DNA of 64,000 nucleotides, taken from positions 64,001 through 128,000 of the IMG/VR virus record IMGVR_UViG_3300043570_004127; one strand, 5' to 3'. Shown here piece after piece: positions 63,571 to 64,000 of the stretch. How positions within the stretch are numbered: the first letter of the stretch is position 1; the number at the start of each line of letters is the position of its first letter. Below the pieces are notes generated by a model. The model ran no database searches and was not told the origin of the DNA. It worked only from the letters and a program-made list of their open reading frames with translations. Origin of the DNA: a virus. The position numbers and the translations under genes are program-made.

Positions 63571-64000
63571 ATGAATACAGATAGCGATAACAGATTCTAC
63601 GGAACGACACCAGATGTCCGCAATGACGAAACTGTGTCCGAAATCTTTAACATGCAATTTGAAGATTTGGGTGGTGGGGTAATTCGTTTCCCGGCAGCAA
63701 TAGATGTTGACAAAGACATGCTTTTACCGTATATAGATAAAAACTCAAAATCCGCGCACGAACAAAGATGGACGTGGGCCAAGGATGAAGAAGGCAATGA
63801 CTACGCAATAAACGAAGATGGCAACAAGTTTTCTCCAGAACAGGTAAAGATGGTTCCAGTAAGACTGCTTGAAGTAGTTAACTCTGGGACAGAGCCAGAG
63901 ATGATAGAAGTGTTTAGATACTGGGAAGACACTATTTACAAGTGTCTCCTGCGGTACATAGATATATTCCCAATGGTCCTTGGAACAATCTGGTGGAGAA
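63571..64000 (+). CDS. Partial ORF, possibly another 2OG-Fe(II) oxygenase
   Basis: Open from ATG 63571 to the window edge (MNTDSDNRFYG...EDLGGGVIRF...TIWWR). No catalytic motif lies inside the window; the call rests on context. Confidence 0.45.
   Translation, partial: MNTDSDNRFYGTTPDVRNDETVSEIFNMQFEDLGGGVIRFPAAIDVDKDMLLPYIDKNSKSAHEQRWTWAKDEEGNDYAINEDGNKFSPEQVKMVPVRLLEVVNSGTEPEMIEVFRYWEDTIYKCLLRYIDIFPMVLGTIWWR

Noticed and set aside
1-64000. Stop-codon recoding, inteins, introns or tRNAs
   Set aside because: Long ORFs are intact in the standard code and TAA, TAG and TGA all end genes. TerL is of normal length and the portal's extra length is explained by the MuF fusion. No intein or cloverleaf signatures were noticed by eye; tRNAscan was not run.

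Overview
A 64 kb segment (about 44% GC by eye, standard genetic code) of a large contractile-tailed (myovirus-type) bacteriophage. The host is probably an actinobacterium; this is inferred from leaderless TANNNT-N6/7-start promoters and actinophage-like proteins. The left half (1-34912, minus strand) is a greatly expanded head module: a small membrane protein, a portal-MuF fusion, an HK97-type prohead protease with a long tail, an acidic PepSY/scaffold-like protein, then about 28 kb of giant multidomain proteins. One of these is a >2750-aa ORF missing from the ORF track because it runs off the left edge. The right half (mostly plus strand) holds the terminase, recombination genes (Rad52-like, PD-(D/E)XK, HNH, RuvC-like, ParB-like), neck, sheath, tube, a chaperone with a -1 frameshift, tape measure, baseplate, fibres, and a protein-modification cluster (radical SAM, GT60-like glycosyltransferase, 2OG-Fe(II) oxygenase). 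Main finding: the peptide motif [GSNDR]-[ILV]-[TSV]-G-[ASEF]-M ('GITGAM') occurs 20 times in 5 probable virion proteins, with free synonymous codon variation. Many copies sit at the boundaries of self-contained domains (J-domain, Nudix, HTH arrays, DEDDh exonuclease, zincins, OGFr-like, DUF3626-like). This points to a phage polyprotein system in which capsid-packaged effector arrays are cut into individual Met-starting proteins. Two further shared N-proximal motifs may be capsid-loading tags. No major capsid gene, tRNA or CRISPR array was recognised. Domain names come from motif recognition by eye, not from database searches.
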